Source: an uncultured Desulfatitalea sp. (GTDB lineage Bacteria > Desulfobacterota > Desulfobacteria > Desulfobacterales > Desulfosarcinaceae). Taken from it: a stretch of 64,000 nucleotides of DNA. The notes under the pieces were generated by a model. It did not search any database, was not told the DNA's origin, and worked only from the letters and a program-made list of their open reading frames with translations. The DNA is taken from positions 320,001-384,000 of the forward strand of contig CAXXMB010000001.1 of assembly GCA_963668675.2 (NCBI GenBank), in the 5' to 3' direction. The position numbers and the translations under genes were made by a program. Shown here one piece after another: positions 41,353-51,612 of this stretch (the first letter of the stretch is position 1; the number at the start of each line of letters is the position of its first letter).

Positions 41353-42045
41353 ATGAAAAATGGATTGCCTTATATTCGCCGCTGGATGTGGCTTCTTCTA
41401 CTGATAGTCATCATTACTGTTACTGCAGCTTTTACTTTCGTATACAATGAAATTTCAAATACCCTGGATGTACAACTTCTCGAGGTCCAGGCTTCCCATC
41501 GTGTTGATCAAAAAACGGATATTGAAATATCTGGCATCAAACTGCGCATTTTTTCACTACTCACAGGCGGCCTCTTAACAATTCTGCTTTTGTCCATTCT
41601 ATGGCTGAGATTCACGTTGCACCAAATCAATCGTCCGATTCAAAAATTGCAGCGTTCCGTATCTCATCTGGCACAGGGGAAATTGAATGAGACGGTGGAT
41701 ATCAACAGTACCGACGAGTTTGGGCAGATTGGGGCGGGCATCAATGAGCTTGCCGCAAACTTGCAGGAGCTCTTGCTGTACATATGGAAACAGACAGGCC
41801 AGTGCATGGCCATTGTCGAGCAGATCAATGCAACTAGCGGAAAGAATCAAAGTGAAACTCAGGTAAAGCACTTTAATGCACAGATAAAGCAATTGAGTGA
41901 ATCGATCGAAAATCTCCGGGAAATGGCAAAAGCCTACGTTTTTTTTGATGTACGTCTGGAAGGAGAAAAAGCGCTCGCCATCAACCATCCTGGTAGAAAG
42001 GAGCCACCTGGCGCTCCCTTAATAGAAGACGAAACATCGCCTTAA
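41353..42045 (+). CDS. Two-TM HAMP-domain protein with no recognisable output domain
   Basis: RPIQKL..LAQGKL..STDEFGQIGAGINEL followed by a short coiled coil. Confidence 0.8.
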   Translation: MKNGLPYIRRWMWLLLLIVIITVTAAFTFVYNEISNTLDVQLLEVQASHRVDQKTDIEISGIKLRIFSLLTGGLLTILLLSILWLRFTLHQINRPIQKLQRSVSHLAQGKLNETVDINSTDEFGQIGAGINELAANLQELLLYIWKQTGQCMAIVEQINATSGKNQSETQVKHFNAQIKQLSESIENLREMAKAYVFFDVRLEGEKALAINHPGRKEPPGAPLIEDETSP

Positions 42046-42203
42046 CGGTATCACTTGTTTTAGGCTGCAAATCGTGTCATGGGTTGGCAGTATACTTTTG
42101 TGCAATTGAGGTGTTCTGAGTTATTCGAACATTACATCATTAACGAAAAAAGAGTGATGTCGGTTGGCATAGAACAAGCCTATAGACCAAGGACGCCTAT
42201 ATC

Positions 42204-42327
42204 ATAAACCCCGCAACCATAAACAACAACAAATGTCATTCCGGTGAAAGCCGGAATCCAGGAATTTGCTGGATCCCGGATCCAGTCCGGGATGACGGAG
42301 GTTGGCCTCTTTACTTGCCGGTTTAAT
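42204..42327. mobile_element. MITE-like element with GTCAT/ATGAC palindromic core
   Basis: GTCATTCCGGTGAAAGCCGGAATCCAG...CTGGATCCCGGATCCAGTCCGGGATGAC inside ATAAACCCCGCAA / TTGCCGGTTTAAT. Confidence 0.7.
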
Positions 42328-42585
42328 AAAACGGCATATATATTGCATTAATTTTGTGAGGTTATATATGGGCATAAGGCCCTGATGTTGAATTAATTGA
42401 ATCGCATGACATAGACCATCATGCCACACATCCATTTGCGCCTTTTGCAGTTCAACACTTGCCATCGATAGAGGCCGAATGAAGTATAGGCGCTGATAAC
42501 GCAACTCATGCCGTTGGTGATGGTCTACGCCGCAGGTGGCTGGGAAAAGTATCTGTTGCCTGCACCTTTAACTGTGGAGGTTCGC

Positions 42586-44070
42586 ATGGAGAATATCTTA
42601 TCCATCACACCCGTCCCTTTCCTTTCTGGTATCTTGTGGTTGGTTCTATTACTCATGGCGATGTATTTTGCGCGGAAGCCTTTTCACCGTTCAATGGCCT
42701 CGTTCGGTAGAATCCTCTACAACGCTATGCGTCTGGCCGCAACTTCTGTTAAACTTGCAGAAAAGAGGTTGCAGGTTCGAAATCAGGAGGTCTTGATGGC
42801 TTCCGGACTTGAGCAGGCAGAGAGAAAAGTGGAACGCGAATTCGATCGCATCAGTGACGCGGTACGCCGGGATCTGGAGGGATATCCCAAAGTGCAGCGC
42901 ATGCTTTCTGAAGACCTGCTCAAGCTCGAAGAGGATTACGAGAAGAGCGCGGAGATCCCCCAGTCACTGCCCGACTGGGTCAAGGTTATCGATGCCATCG
43001 CTAACATCAAGCCAACCGGCGATCGTATGGTGGTCAATATGCTCGAAGAGATTCACCAGACACTCAACGAACAGCATAAGGCTGCCGTGGAGAGGCATCG
43101 TCGGGATGTGGCGGAACGGCACACCGTTCTAAGCCGCATGTTGCCGTTTTGGCGTAGTGTTAAAAAGACCCTTGGAGGGGTAGAGAAATCGATCTCCAAT
43201 CTCAATCTGCGATCGAAAAAGATCGATCGTTACATGGACAACTATGAGAAGACCCTAAATCAGAGCGACACAGCCGAACGCCAGCTCTCCTCTTCTTCGC
43301 TGACCCAGTTTTTTATTTCAGGTGTGGTTTTGGCCATAGCAGTGGTCGGCGCCATGATCAATTTCAACCTCGTCGCTCTGCCCATGTCGGAAATGGTCGG
43401 CGGTAACAGCTATATTGGAAGCTTCAGAACATCCGATGTGGCTGGCATGTTTATCGTCTCCCTGGAGATCGTGCTGGGGTTTTTCGTCATGGATGCACTG
43501 CGTATCACCCGACTCTTCTCTATCATTGGTAGCATGGAGGACAACAAGCGCAAGACGATCTTTTGGATCCTCTTCATTTTTCTCTTTATCCTGGCGTGTG
43601 TCGAATCATCACTGGCCTTTATGCGCGACAGAATTGCAGCGGATATGGAGGCGCTTCGGCAGTCATTGGCCGGAATTGACAGCTCCGAGATGGTAACCAG
43701 CAACATCCCCACTTACGGCCAGATGATCATGGGATTCATTTTACCTTTTATTCTGACGTTCGTAGCCATCCCCTTCGAATCTTTTGTCTCTTCTTCCCGA
43801 ACGGTGCTCGGACTTGTCGCTGCTTTCATCTTACGGTTGCTGGCTTTCATTCTGCGGCTAGTGGGAAATTTGTGCTATTACCTCTCAAGATTGATCGTCA
43901 ATATTTACGATCTTGCCATTGTTCCCGCACTTTGGCTCGAGGGGGTTATCGTCCAAGCGCGAGCAGGCGGTAAAAAGGAGAAGGGCGAAAAGGAGCAGTT
44001 TGACGAAGAATCCGACGCGGGTCGCCGGCGGTTGGAGAGCAGCGCCCATCAGAAGGAGGCCACTGAATGA
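42586..44070 (+). CDS. Hypothetical membrane protein (N-terminal TM, long coiled coil, several C-terminal TMs)
   Basis: GGAGG RBS before ATG 42586; hydropathy pattern; ATGA overlap with the next gene. Confidence 0.8.
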   Translation: MENILSITPVPFLSGILWLVLLLMAMYFARKPFHRSMASFGRILYNAMRLAATSVKLAEKRLQVRNQEVLMASGLEQAERKVEREFDRISDAVRRDLEGYPKVQRMLSEDLLKLEEDYEKSAEIPQSLPDWVKVIDAIANIKPTGDRMVVNMLEEIHQTLNEQHKAAVERHRRDVAERHTVLSRMLPFWRSVKKTLGGVEKSISNLNLRSKKIDRYMDNYEKTLNQSDTAERQLSSSSLTQFFISGVVLAIAVVGAMINFNLVALPMSEMVGGNSYIGSFRTSDVAGMFIVSLEIVLGFFVMDALRITRLFSIIGSMEDNKRKTIFWILFIFLFILACVESSLAFMRDRIAADMEALRQSLAGIDSSEMVTSNIPTYGQMIMGFILPFILTFVAIPFESFVSSSRTVLGLVAAFILRLLAFILRLVGNLCYYLSRLIVNIYDLAIVPALWLEGVIVQARAGGKKEKGEKEQFDEESDAGRRRLESSAHQKEATE

Positions 44071-44717
44071 AATTTAGGCATTTGCTCCTGATCTTCATCG
44101 GTATCATCGTAGTGGCAAGTTGTTCGGATGGCGCCAACCGAAGCAAAGGCGTCTATATGCTGCTGGACACTTCCGGTACCTATGCCATAGAGTTGAAGAA
44201 GGCCCAGTCGATTATCAACTTTCTGTTGGGTACGTTACAGCCGGGAGACACACTGGCCGTGGGGAGAATCGATACCGGCAGTTTCAGTGAAAAAGATATT
44301 GTCGCCAAAGTACGCTTCGATCCCCGACCGTCTGTGGCCAATAACCAGAAACGCTCTTTCCACCAAACCATCGACGAATTTGTGGCCAACGTCAATGGCA
44401 GCAGCTACACGGATATCTCGGGCGGTCTGTTGCAGGCCATAGAGTATTTGAATGAATCGGGTGCCGGGCAGAAGTATATCTTGATCTTTTCGGATCTGAA
44501 GGAAGAGCTGGCAAAGGGACATGTGCGTGACGTCCCATTTCAGTTGGCCGGTTTTAACATCATCGCATTGAATGTCACCAAACTGAGGGACGACATCAGA
44601 GATCCGAAAAACTACATGGTTCGGGTGGAACAGTGGCGTGAAAAGACGGAGAAGGGCGGTGGAAACTGGCGCGTCATAAATGACCTGGAGCGCTTGGAAA
44701 ACCTTTTCCAACACTGA
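44067..44717 (+). CDS. VWA-domain lipoprotein
   Basis: Lipobox VASC; MIDAS-like LLDTSGT, YTDI, LIFSD. Confidence 0.85.
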   Translation: MKFRHLLLIFIGIIVVASCSDGANRSKGVYMLLDTSGTYAIELKKAQSIINFLLGTLQPGDTLAVGRIDTGSFSEKDIVAKVRFDPRPSVANNQKRSFHQTIDEFVANVNGSSYTDISGGLLQAIEYLNESGAGQKYILIFSDLKEELAKGHVRDVPFQLAGFNIIALNVTKLRDDIRDPKNYMVRVEQWREKTEKGGGNWRVINDLERLENLFQH

Positions 44718-44788
44718 ACATATTCAATCGGAAACAGTGATACTGCAGCCGGGGCAGGGGGAATAGAATCGTATCCCCCCGCCCCGTT

Positions 44789-46117
44789 TTATTTTTTTCC
44801 CCCGCTGGCATAGTTGCCAATCACCTTGCCTTCAGGCGTAATTTCAGTGATCCGGATCATGACCACTTCATTCTCCTGCACATCGTCTTCAGCAACGGCC
44901 ACCGGCACATAATTGTCGCTCAATCCGGCGGCAAGACCGGACACCGGTTCGGTAGCCGTTTCGGTAAGCACCGCGACCTGCTGATCGATCATCGAACGGA
45001 AAAAAGCGGCACGCTTTTCTTCACTTAGCGCTCTCAGTTCCCGGCACCTTTCCTTGGCGACACGCTCGGGTACTTTGGGCGTGTAGGAAGCCGCTGGCGT
45101 TCCTTTGCGCGGTGAGTAGGGAAAGACATGCAGGTAGCTGATCGGAAGCGCATCAAGGAGTCGATACGTCCTGGAGAATGCTGCCTCGCTCTCGCCAGGG
45201 AATCCAGCCATGACGTCTATTCCTATAGCTGCACCTGGTATGCGCTTGTGGATGGTCTGAATTGTCCGGGCGAACCGCTCTGATGTATAGGGCCTTCCCA
45301 TGCGGCGCAGGGTTTCGTCGTCACCGCTTTGCAGCGGGATGTGGAAGTGGCGGCATATCCTTCCCTGGAATTGAAATGCCAAGTCTATCAGGCGATCATC
45401 AATTTCGGTGGGCTCTATGGAGCTGAGTCGGATACGATCGATGGCGGTCTCTTTCAGCATCTTTTCGACAATAGCGGCCAGGGAGGTGCCGGGGCTCAAA
45501 TCTTCGCCATATGCACCCAGGTGGATACCCGTGAGAACCACCTCCTTGATCTGCTCCTTGACGAGCCGATGCACGTGTTCGATGACATCATCGGTCGGCA
45601 TGCTTCGGCTGCTTCCGCGCGCGTAGGGAACGATGCAGTAGGTGCAGCGGGTGTTGCAGCCGTCCTGTATTTTGAGAAAGGCGCGTGTGCGACTTTCGAA
45701 GGCCACCGATGGCATCGATGAAAATTCACAGGGTTGACCAATTCCGCGTCGTACGACCCGCGCGCTTTGGCTGCTGCTACCGGTCTCGGCCAACATTCTG
45801 GCAATGCCCAGCTTGTCGTGGTGGCCGACAATCAGATCGATGCCTTCAATGGCCTGAATCTCCTTTGGTGCCGTCTGGGCGTAGCAACCGGTGACGACAA
45901 TTTGAGCTGCGGGGTGGTTACGGATGGCCTGACGGATCGCTTGGCGGGACTGCATGGCCGCCTTGCCGGTCACCGTGCAGGTGTTGATGATGACGACACT
46001 GGCACTTTCGCCTTTCCCGCTGCGCGAGTAGCCCTCGGCTTCGATGAGATGGCCCAGTGCGGCAGATTCGCACTGGTTGACCTTGCATCCCAATGTGATG
46101 GTTTTGTAGGATTTCAT
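44789..46117 (-). CDS. mtaB: tRNA t6A37 methylthiotransferase MtaB (radical SAM)
   Basis: TLGCKVNQ, INTCTVT, VTGCYAQ, RTRAFLKIQDGCNTRCTYC, LHVFPYSPRKGT. Confidence 0.92.
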   Translation of the reverse strand: MKSYKTITLGCKVNQCESAALGHLIEAEGYSRSGKGESASVVIINTCTVTGKAAMQSRQAIRQAIRNHPAAQIVVTGCYAQTAPKEIQAIEGIDLIVGHHDKLGIARMLAETGSSSQSARVVRRGIGQPCEFSSMPSVAFESRTRAFLKIQDGCNTRCTYCIVPYARGSSRSMPTDDVIEHVHRLVKEQIKEVVLTGIHLGAYGEDLSPGTSLAAIVEKMLKETAIDRIRLSSIEPTEIDDRLIDLAFQFQGRICRHFHIPLQSGDDETLRRMGRPYTSERFARTIQTIHKRIPGAAIGIDVMAGFPGESEAAFSRTYRLLDALPISYLHVFPYSPRKGTPAASYTPKVPERVAKERCRELRALSEEKRAAFFRSMIDQQVAVLTETATEPVSGLAAGLSDNYVPVAVAEDDVQENEVVMIRITEITPEGKVIGNYASGGKK

Positions 46118-47199
46118 TCGATCCACCCCCCGCCCAGCACCTCTTCGCCTTGATAGAAGACCGCTCCCTGACCCGGTGTAACCGCAGGTTCAGGTGTTTC
46201 AAACGAGATTTCGGCGCGGCTGCCCCCTATCGGTGTGAGAGTGGCGGCCACGGCGCTGTGTCGATAGCGTACCTTGACATTTATCGCAATGGGAACTGTC
46301 GGCGGCGGGGCAATCCAGTTGATCCGGTCAACAAGGCAACTCCCCTTGTACAGCTCATCTTTGCTTCCGATGACCAGGCAGTTTCGAGATGGGTCGAGCC
46401 GAACGACATAATAGGGTTCGGCTGCCGGACAGTTGATGCCCCGCCTTTGTCCGATTGTGAATCGATGCAGCCCTTTATGTTGCCCTACTGTCTGGCCCCG
46501 GGTATTTTCAATGGGACCGGCGCTGAAAGAGAAGCCGGGTTGATGTATTAAAAAGTCGGCGTAGTTTCGGTCCTTTATAAAGCAGACATCCTGGCTCTCC
46601 TGTATGGTTACCGGAGAAAGGCCCTTCGCTTGTGCGACACGCCGCGTCTGCGCTTTGGTCATGGTTCCCAAGGGCAGCACGGCGGATGCCAGTTGGTCCT
46701 GGGTCAGGCGGGACAGAAAATAGGATTGCTCCTTCTTCTTGTCGATGCCGCGCAACAGCCGTATACGGCCAGCGTCTGATGTGTCGATGCGGGCGTAGTG
46801 GCCAGTGGCAATCCGGGAAGCCCCAAACACCTTCGCTTTTGAAAGCAGTATGCCGAATTTGATTGTTGGATTGCAGATCAGACACGGATTCGGGGTTTTG
46901 CCGCTGGCGTAGGTACCGACAAAGTAGTTGACGACCTGGCTTTGAAAATCGGCGCGCAGGTCGATGATGTGGACTGGAATGCCGAGCTGGTGTGACAGAA
47001 TATCCATTGTTCTGCGTGCAGGCGTGTCGGCGTCGTCCACGGCTGAATCCGAAGGAGCTGAGCCGGAAGAGGATGGGTTGGTTTCATACCCGGTAACGAA
47101 GTGCAGCCCGATCAGACGATGCCCCTGTTCTTTCAAAAGGGCGGCCGCGACCAGGGAGTCCACGCCACCGCTCAGTGCAATGGCAAGCGAAGATTTCAT
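46114..47199 (-). CDS. mnmA: tRNA 2-thiouridine(34) synthase MnmA
   Basis: SGGVDS, TPNPCLICN, ATGHYA, ESQDVCF, TIGQRRG, TPGQ. Confidence 0.96.
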   Translation of the reverse strand: MKSSLAIALSGGVDSLVAAALLKEQGHRLIGLHFVTGYETNPSSSGSAPSDSAVDDADTPARRTMDILSHQLGIPVHIIDLRADFQSQVVNYFVGTYASGKTPNPCLICNPTIKFGILLSKAKVFGASRIATGHYARIDTSDAGRIRLLRGIDKKKEQSYFLSRLTQDQLASAVLPLGTMTKAQTRRVAQAKGLSPVTIQESQDVCFIKDRNYADFLIHQPGFSFSAGPIENTRGQTVGQHKGLHRFTIGQRRGINCPAAEPYYVVRLDPSRNCLVIGSKDELYKGSCLVDRINWIAPPPTVPIAINVKVRYRHSAVAATLTPIGGSRAEISFETPEPAVTPGQGAVFYQGEEVLGGGWIE

Positions 47200-47325
47200 T
47201 TGATTGACTTCTTGGGACGCCTTTTGTACATCAACACCCTGTGATTTTTTAATTTATGGTAACATCAGGCCCAAAAACAGAGTGCAATCTAAAGGCAACC
47301 CCCAATCCTGTCAATACCATAGCTT

Positions 47326-49542
47326 ATGAACCCATTTGCTTTCAGAACCACCAGTCTGGTGTTTAAATCCCTGGCCAACCTTTCCAAGGCAAAGGTGAAC
47401 CTGCACGGGACGGAGAACATTCCCGAAGGCGCGAAGATCTTTGTGATCAACCACTTCACCCGCCTCGAAACCTTGCTGATGCCCTACTATTTGCACAAAT
47501 TGATGAAATCACCTGTCTGGTCACTGGCAGCGGCGGAATTTTTCAGTGGGGCGGTCGGACGGTTTCTGGAATCGGTTGGCGCCGTCTCCACCAGCGACCC
47601 CGATCGCGACCGTCTGATCATCAAAACCCTGCTGGCCGATGAGGCGAGCTGGATCATCTTCCCCGAAGGTCGGATGGTCAAAAACAAAAAGATCATCGAG
47701 AGGGGGCGCTACATGGTCTCCTACGCCGGGGGCAAACACCCTCCCCACACCGGGGCCGCCCACCTTGCCTTGAGAACCGAGTTTTACCGTCAGCGCTTTA
47801 AGTGGCTGGGTGCTCATGGCACCGGAGAGGCCGAAAGGCTGCTGCCCCTGTTCAATATCGACACTCTCTCAGATGTGAGCAGCCGGGGCACCTCTATCGT
47901 TCCGGTCAATTTGACCTACTACCCGCTACGGGCCAAGGAGAACATTCTAAAAAAAATTGCCGAGCGGTTGGTTGAAGACCTGCCTGAAAAACTGATCGAA
48001 GAGCTGATGACGGAAGGAGCCATGCTGACCTCAGGCGTGGATATCGATATCCGTTTTGGCGACCCGATTGAAGTGGCACCCTACCTTCAGCAAAAAGCGA
48101 TCCTGGCGGACATACAAAAACCGGAATCGTTCGGTTTCGATGACCCCCTGCCGTGCATCTCCTGCCTTCGAAAAGCGGCTCTCAAGATCATGAAGCGCTA
48201 TATGGGTGCCATCTACAGCATGACCACTGTCAACCACGACCACATTTTTGCATCGATTTTAAAAAAGAGCGTCCGTAATCGACTGCGACTGGACCACTTT
48301 TGCAGGCGGGCCTTTTTGGCCATTCACGATGAGACATCCCAAACGCCAATCTATTTGCATACCAGTATCGAAGAGCGTCAGAACCATCTGCTGGTCGATG
48401 ACCGCTACAGTAAGCTGGAGGACTTTCTGGCCGTTGCCGAGCAGAGCAAGGTTATCCGGCGGGAACCTCCATTCATCTTACGCGACAGGCGCAAACTGCG
48501 CTCCGTCTTCGATTTCCATCGTGCCCGTATCGACAATCCTGTGGCGGTCATGGCCAATGAGATCGAACCGTTGAATGCACTGCAGCGGAAAATTTCACGG
48601 CTCTGCTGGACACCGGGGGCACTTTTGCGCAGACGGATCGCCCGGATGATGCAGCAACGTGCCGAGCGTGAGTTTGAAGAGGACTACCAGCGCTTCTTCA
48701 TCCAGGGCGAATCCAAACCCATGGAGATCGGCCGGCCCCTGCTGCTGCGCGGCAACCGAAGCCGTTCGGGGATTGTGCTGTGCCACGGCTACATGGCCGC
48801 ACCGGCCGAGGTCGAAGCGCTGGGGCGCTATCTGGCCAAAAGGGGGTACTGGGTCTACATGCCGCGCCTCAAGGGGCATGGTACCTCTCCGGAGGATCTG
48901 GCGCGCTGTTCATACCAGGACTGGATCCGATCTCTCGAAGAGGGCTATATCTTGATTCGAAACCTGTGCGGGCGTGTGGTCGTCGGGGGCTTCTCTACCG
49001 GTGCCGGTTTGGCACTGGAACTGGCAAGCCGGGTGAAGGACATCTCCGGTGTGTTTGCGATCTCGACGCCGCTGCGGCTCCAGTACGCCGCCTCGCGGCT
49101 TGCCCCGATGGTGGACAGCTGGAACCGTTTGATGGACCGCGTCCGCTGGGAGGACTACAAGAAGGAGTTCGTGGAGAATCGGCCGGAAAACCCGAATATC
49201 AACTACTTTCGGAATCCCATTGCCGGAGTCCGGGAACTCGAACGGTTGATGGATACCTTGGAGCCCAGACTGGAAGAGATAAAGATCCCTGCACTGGTTG
49301 CCCAGTCCCAGAAAGACCCGGTGGTTCACCCCAAAGGGTCGGAGCGCATCTTTCAGATGCTCGGATCGGTGGATAAACAGTACATGGCCTTCAATTTCGA
49401 TCGGCACGGCATACTGCTCGGGGAGGGATCTGAGCGCGTCCATCGCGTGATCGCCGACTTCGTTGATCAACTCTTCACCGCAACCGCTGCCGTCCCAAAG
49501 CAGCCGAAACCTTTGAATGACAAGGATTTTCCCAACGAATGA
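47326..49542 (+). CDS. PlsC-like acyltransferase fused to alpha/beta-hydrolase (carboxylesterase/lipase)
   Basis: NHFTRLE and FPEG in the N-terminal part; CHGY, LKGHGT, GFSTG, DPVV, RHG in the C-terminal part. Confidence 0.85.
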   Translation: MNPFAFRTTSLVFKSLANLSKAKVNLHGTENIPEGAKIFVINHFTRLETLLMPYYLHKLMKSPVWSLAAAEFFSGAVGRFLESVGAVSTSDPDRDRLIIKTLLADEASWIIFPEGRMVKNKKIIERGRYMVSYAGGKHPPHTGAAHLALRTEFYRQRFKWLGAHGTGEAERLLPLFNIDTLSDVSSRGTSIVPVNLTYYPLRAKENILKKIAERLVEDLPEKLIEELMTEGAMLTSGVDIDIRFGDPIEVAPYLQQKAILADIQKPESFGFDDPLPCISCLRKAALKIMKRYMGAIYSMTTVNHDHIFASILKKSVRNRLRLDHFCRRAFLAIHDETSQTPIYLHTSIEERQNHLLVDDRYSKLEDFLAVAEQSKVIRREPPFILRDRRKLRSVFDFHRARIDNPVAVMANEIEPLNALQRKISRLCWTPGALLRRRIARMMQQRAEREFEEDYQRFFIQGESKPMEIGRPLLLRGNRSRSGIVLCHGYMAAPAEVEALGRYLAKRGYWVYMPRLKGHGTSPEDLARCSYQDWIRSLEEGYILIRNLCGRVVVGGFSTGAGLALELASRVKDISGVFAISTPLRLQYAASRLAPMVDSWNRLMDRVRWEDYKKEFVENRPENPNINYFRNPIAGVRELERLMDTLEPRLEEIKIPALVAQSQKDPVVHPKGSERIFQMLGSVDKQYMAFNFDRHGILLGEGSERVHRVIADFVDQLFTATAAVPKQPKPLNDKDFPNE

Positions 49543-50786
49543 ACGGTCTGGGCCTTCTGATTCTGACCGCCCTCGTGGTGAATACAGCTCTTTCGCTGCT
49601 GGCGGATATTCTAAACCTCACGTCCTTGAGTCCTGTTTTGCCCAAGGCCTTCGACGGTTGGTACGAACCCAGTGAGTATGCACGCTCCCAGTCCTATCTG
49701 CGGGTCAACACCCGTTTCGGCTGGGTGGTCTCGTTATTCGATCTTTCCGTATTGCTGATTTTCTGGTTCGGTGGTGGATTCGCATGGCTTGATGAGTGGG
49801 TGCGCGGGTTCGGCTACGCCACCTTGCCCAGCGGCCTCTTTTATATCGGCGTCCTGGTTGCCCTCAAGACGGTACTGGATCTTCCTTTCGGACTCTTTGC
49901 CACCTTCGTTATCGAAGCGCGCTTCGGATTCAACAAAACCACATGGCAGACCTGGCTCCTGGACAAACTCAAGGCCCTGTTGCTCGGGCTTCTGATCGGT
50001 GTGCCGCTGCTGACGGTGGTGCTGCTTTTCTTTATGCATGCGGGCGGCAACGCATGGTGGTACTGCTGGCTGGTCACAGTGGGTGTGATGCTGTTGATGC
50101 ATTACGTGGCGCCCACCTGGATCATGCCGCTTTTCAACCGTTTCAATCCCTTGCCAGAGGGGGAGCTGCGCACGGCGATCACCACCTATGCAGAGAGCAT
50201 CGGGTTTCGGCTCGATAACATATTCGTCATGGACGGGTCAAAACGCAGTTCAAAAGCAAATGCCTTTTTTACCGGTTTTGGGAAGTATCGCCGGATCGTG
50301 CTTTACGATACCCTTATCGAGAAGCACTCGGTGGGGGAGTTAGTGGCGGTGCTGGCTCACGAGATGGGCCATTTCAAGCAGCGGCATATCCTCAAGATGA
50401 TGCTTATCGGAATCGCACAGGCGGGAGTGATGTTTTATGTCCTCTCCCTTTTTATTTCCTATCCGGGGCTGTTTCACGCCTTTTATGTGCAGGATGTGTC
50501 GGTCTATGTCGGCCTGGTGCTGTTCGGGCTGCTCTATGCTCCCCTGGACATGGTGATGGGAATCATCGTGCAGCAGTTGTCGCGGCGGCACGAATATGAG
50601 GCCGATCGTTTTGCCGTGGATACGGGGCCCAACAGGGGCAGGGCGTTGGCCACCGCCCTCAAAAGGCTCTCCGTGGACAGCCTGGCCAATTTGCAGCCCC
50701 ATCCCTTTTTTGTTTTTCTGAACTACTCTCACCCGCCGGTGCTCGAACGTATTCGGGCGATCGGTGCAGCTAGTTCCCCCGAATGA
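49539..50786 (+). CDS. M48 (Ste24-like) membrane metallopeptidase
   Basis: MDGSKRSSKANAFFTG, HEMGH, EYEAD, SHPP. Confidence 0.93.
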   Translation: MNGLGLLILTALVVNTALSLLADILNLTSLSPVLPKAFDGWYEPSEYARSQSYLRVNTRFGWVVSLFDLSVLLIFWFGGGFAWLDEWVRGFGYATLPSGLFYIGVLVALKTVLDLPFGLFATFVIEARFGFNKTTWQTWLLDKLKALLLGLLIGVPLLTVVLLFFMHAGGNAWWYCWLVTVGVMLLMHYVAPTWIMPLFNRFNPLPEGELRTAITTYAESIGFRLDNIFVMDGSKRSSKANAFFTGFGKYRRIVLYDTLIEKHSVGELVAVLAHEMGHFKQRHILKMMLIGIAQAGVMFYVLSLFISYPGLFHAFYVQDVSVYVGLVLFGLLYAPLDMVMGIIVQQLSRRHEYEADRFAVDTGPNRGRALATALKRLSVDSLANLQPHPFFVFLNYSHPPVLERIRAIGAASSPE

Positions 50787-51468
50787 GCATGCTGGCCGGA
50801 TCCAGCACCAGTGGCGGCTGGGCTTCCGAGAGCGAGCAGCCCTTGAGGGCGGTGACATGCACCGTATCCTCTTTCGGCTGCAGGGCGATGGCTACGTCGA
50901 ATAGGTCCTGAACCGGGGAGAGCTGAACGGGCAGTCCGTCTTGGGCGGGGGCCTCATGACGGTGGGTGGTGATGGTAAACCATATGGGCAGATTCAATCG
51001 AATGGCAAGCGCCTTGAGATTACTGAGCACTTCGGTCTGCTCCTGATCGAACGGCTGGCCGTCTATCAGGAGAACATCGGGGCTGAAGATCTTCTGGAGG
51101 GTTAAATCGGTCAGTCGCTCTTCCAGCTTGGGGGCGCTGAACCCTTCCACCTGGAAGGTCATGATAAAACGATGTGGAACGATGGTGTCCCACAGCTGAT
51201 CCAGATGGGTGACCTGGTACTGCTGGGCCAAACATCCCAGAACCTCCTGGTACCAGAGGTTCACCTTGCCGACCGGCTCGTTCAGACTGATGTGCAGCAC
51301 ATTTTTGTTGCGCAACATGGTGTTGAGGGCAATCTGTACGATCAGGGCGGTTTTGCCGACACCGGCCCGCGCCAGAACGGCCCCGAACTGGCCAGGCCCC
51401 AGGATATCGTCGTTCTCATGACCCAGAAGCCTCAGTGGATTGCGCAGAATAAGATCTTGTTTCAGCAT
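50770..51468 (-). CDS. RecA/KaiC/DnaB-like P-loop ATPase
   Basis: Walker A ARAGVGKT, VLHISL, Walker B LLIDG; AAGGAG RBS. Confidence 0.8.
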   Translation of the reverse strand: MLKQDLILRNPLRLLGHENDDILGPGQFGAVLARAGVGKTALIVQIALNTMLRNKNVLHISLNEPVGKVNLWYQEVLGCLAQQYQVTHLDQLWDTIVPHRFIMTFQVEGFSAPKLEERLTDLTLQKIFSPDVLLIDGQPFDQEQTEVLSNLKALAIRLNLPIWFTITTHRHEAPAQDGLPVQLSPVQDLFDVAIALQPKEDTVHVTALKGCSLSEAQPPLVLDPASMLIRGN

Positions 51469-51612
51469 GGTCATGCTCCTTTCCTTTAAACGGATCACCT
51501 GGCCGGCGTCAGATCTCTTTTGAAACGACAGGGTCGGAACCCAATGCCGGGCATCGCGACCTGTCGGGATCGCCTCCGATTCCATTTCCGACATATCAAA
51601 GCTTCTTCTGTA

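Noticed and set aside
42165..42180. Possible sigma54 site TGGCAT-AGAAC-AAGC
   Set aside because: Poor -12 element and about 400 nt from the next start, with a MITE-like element in between.
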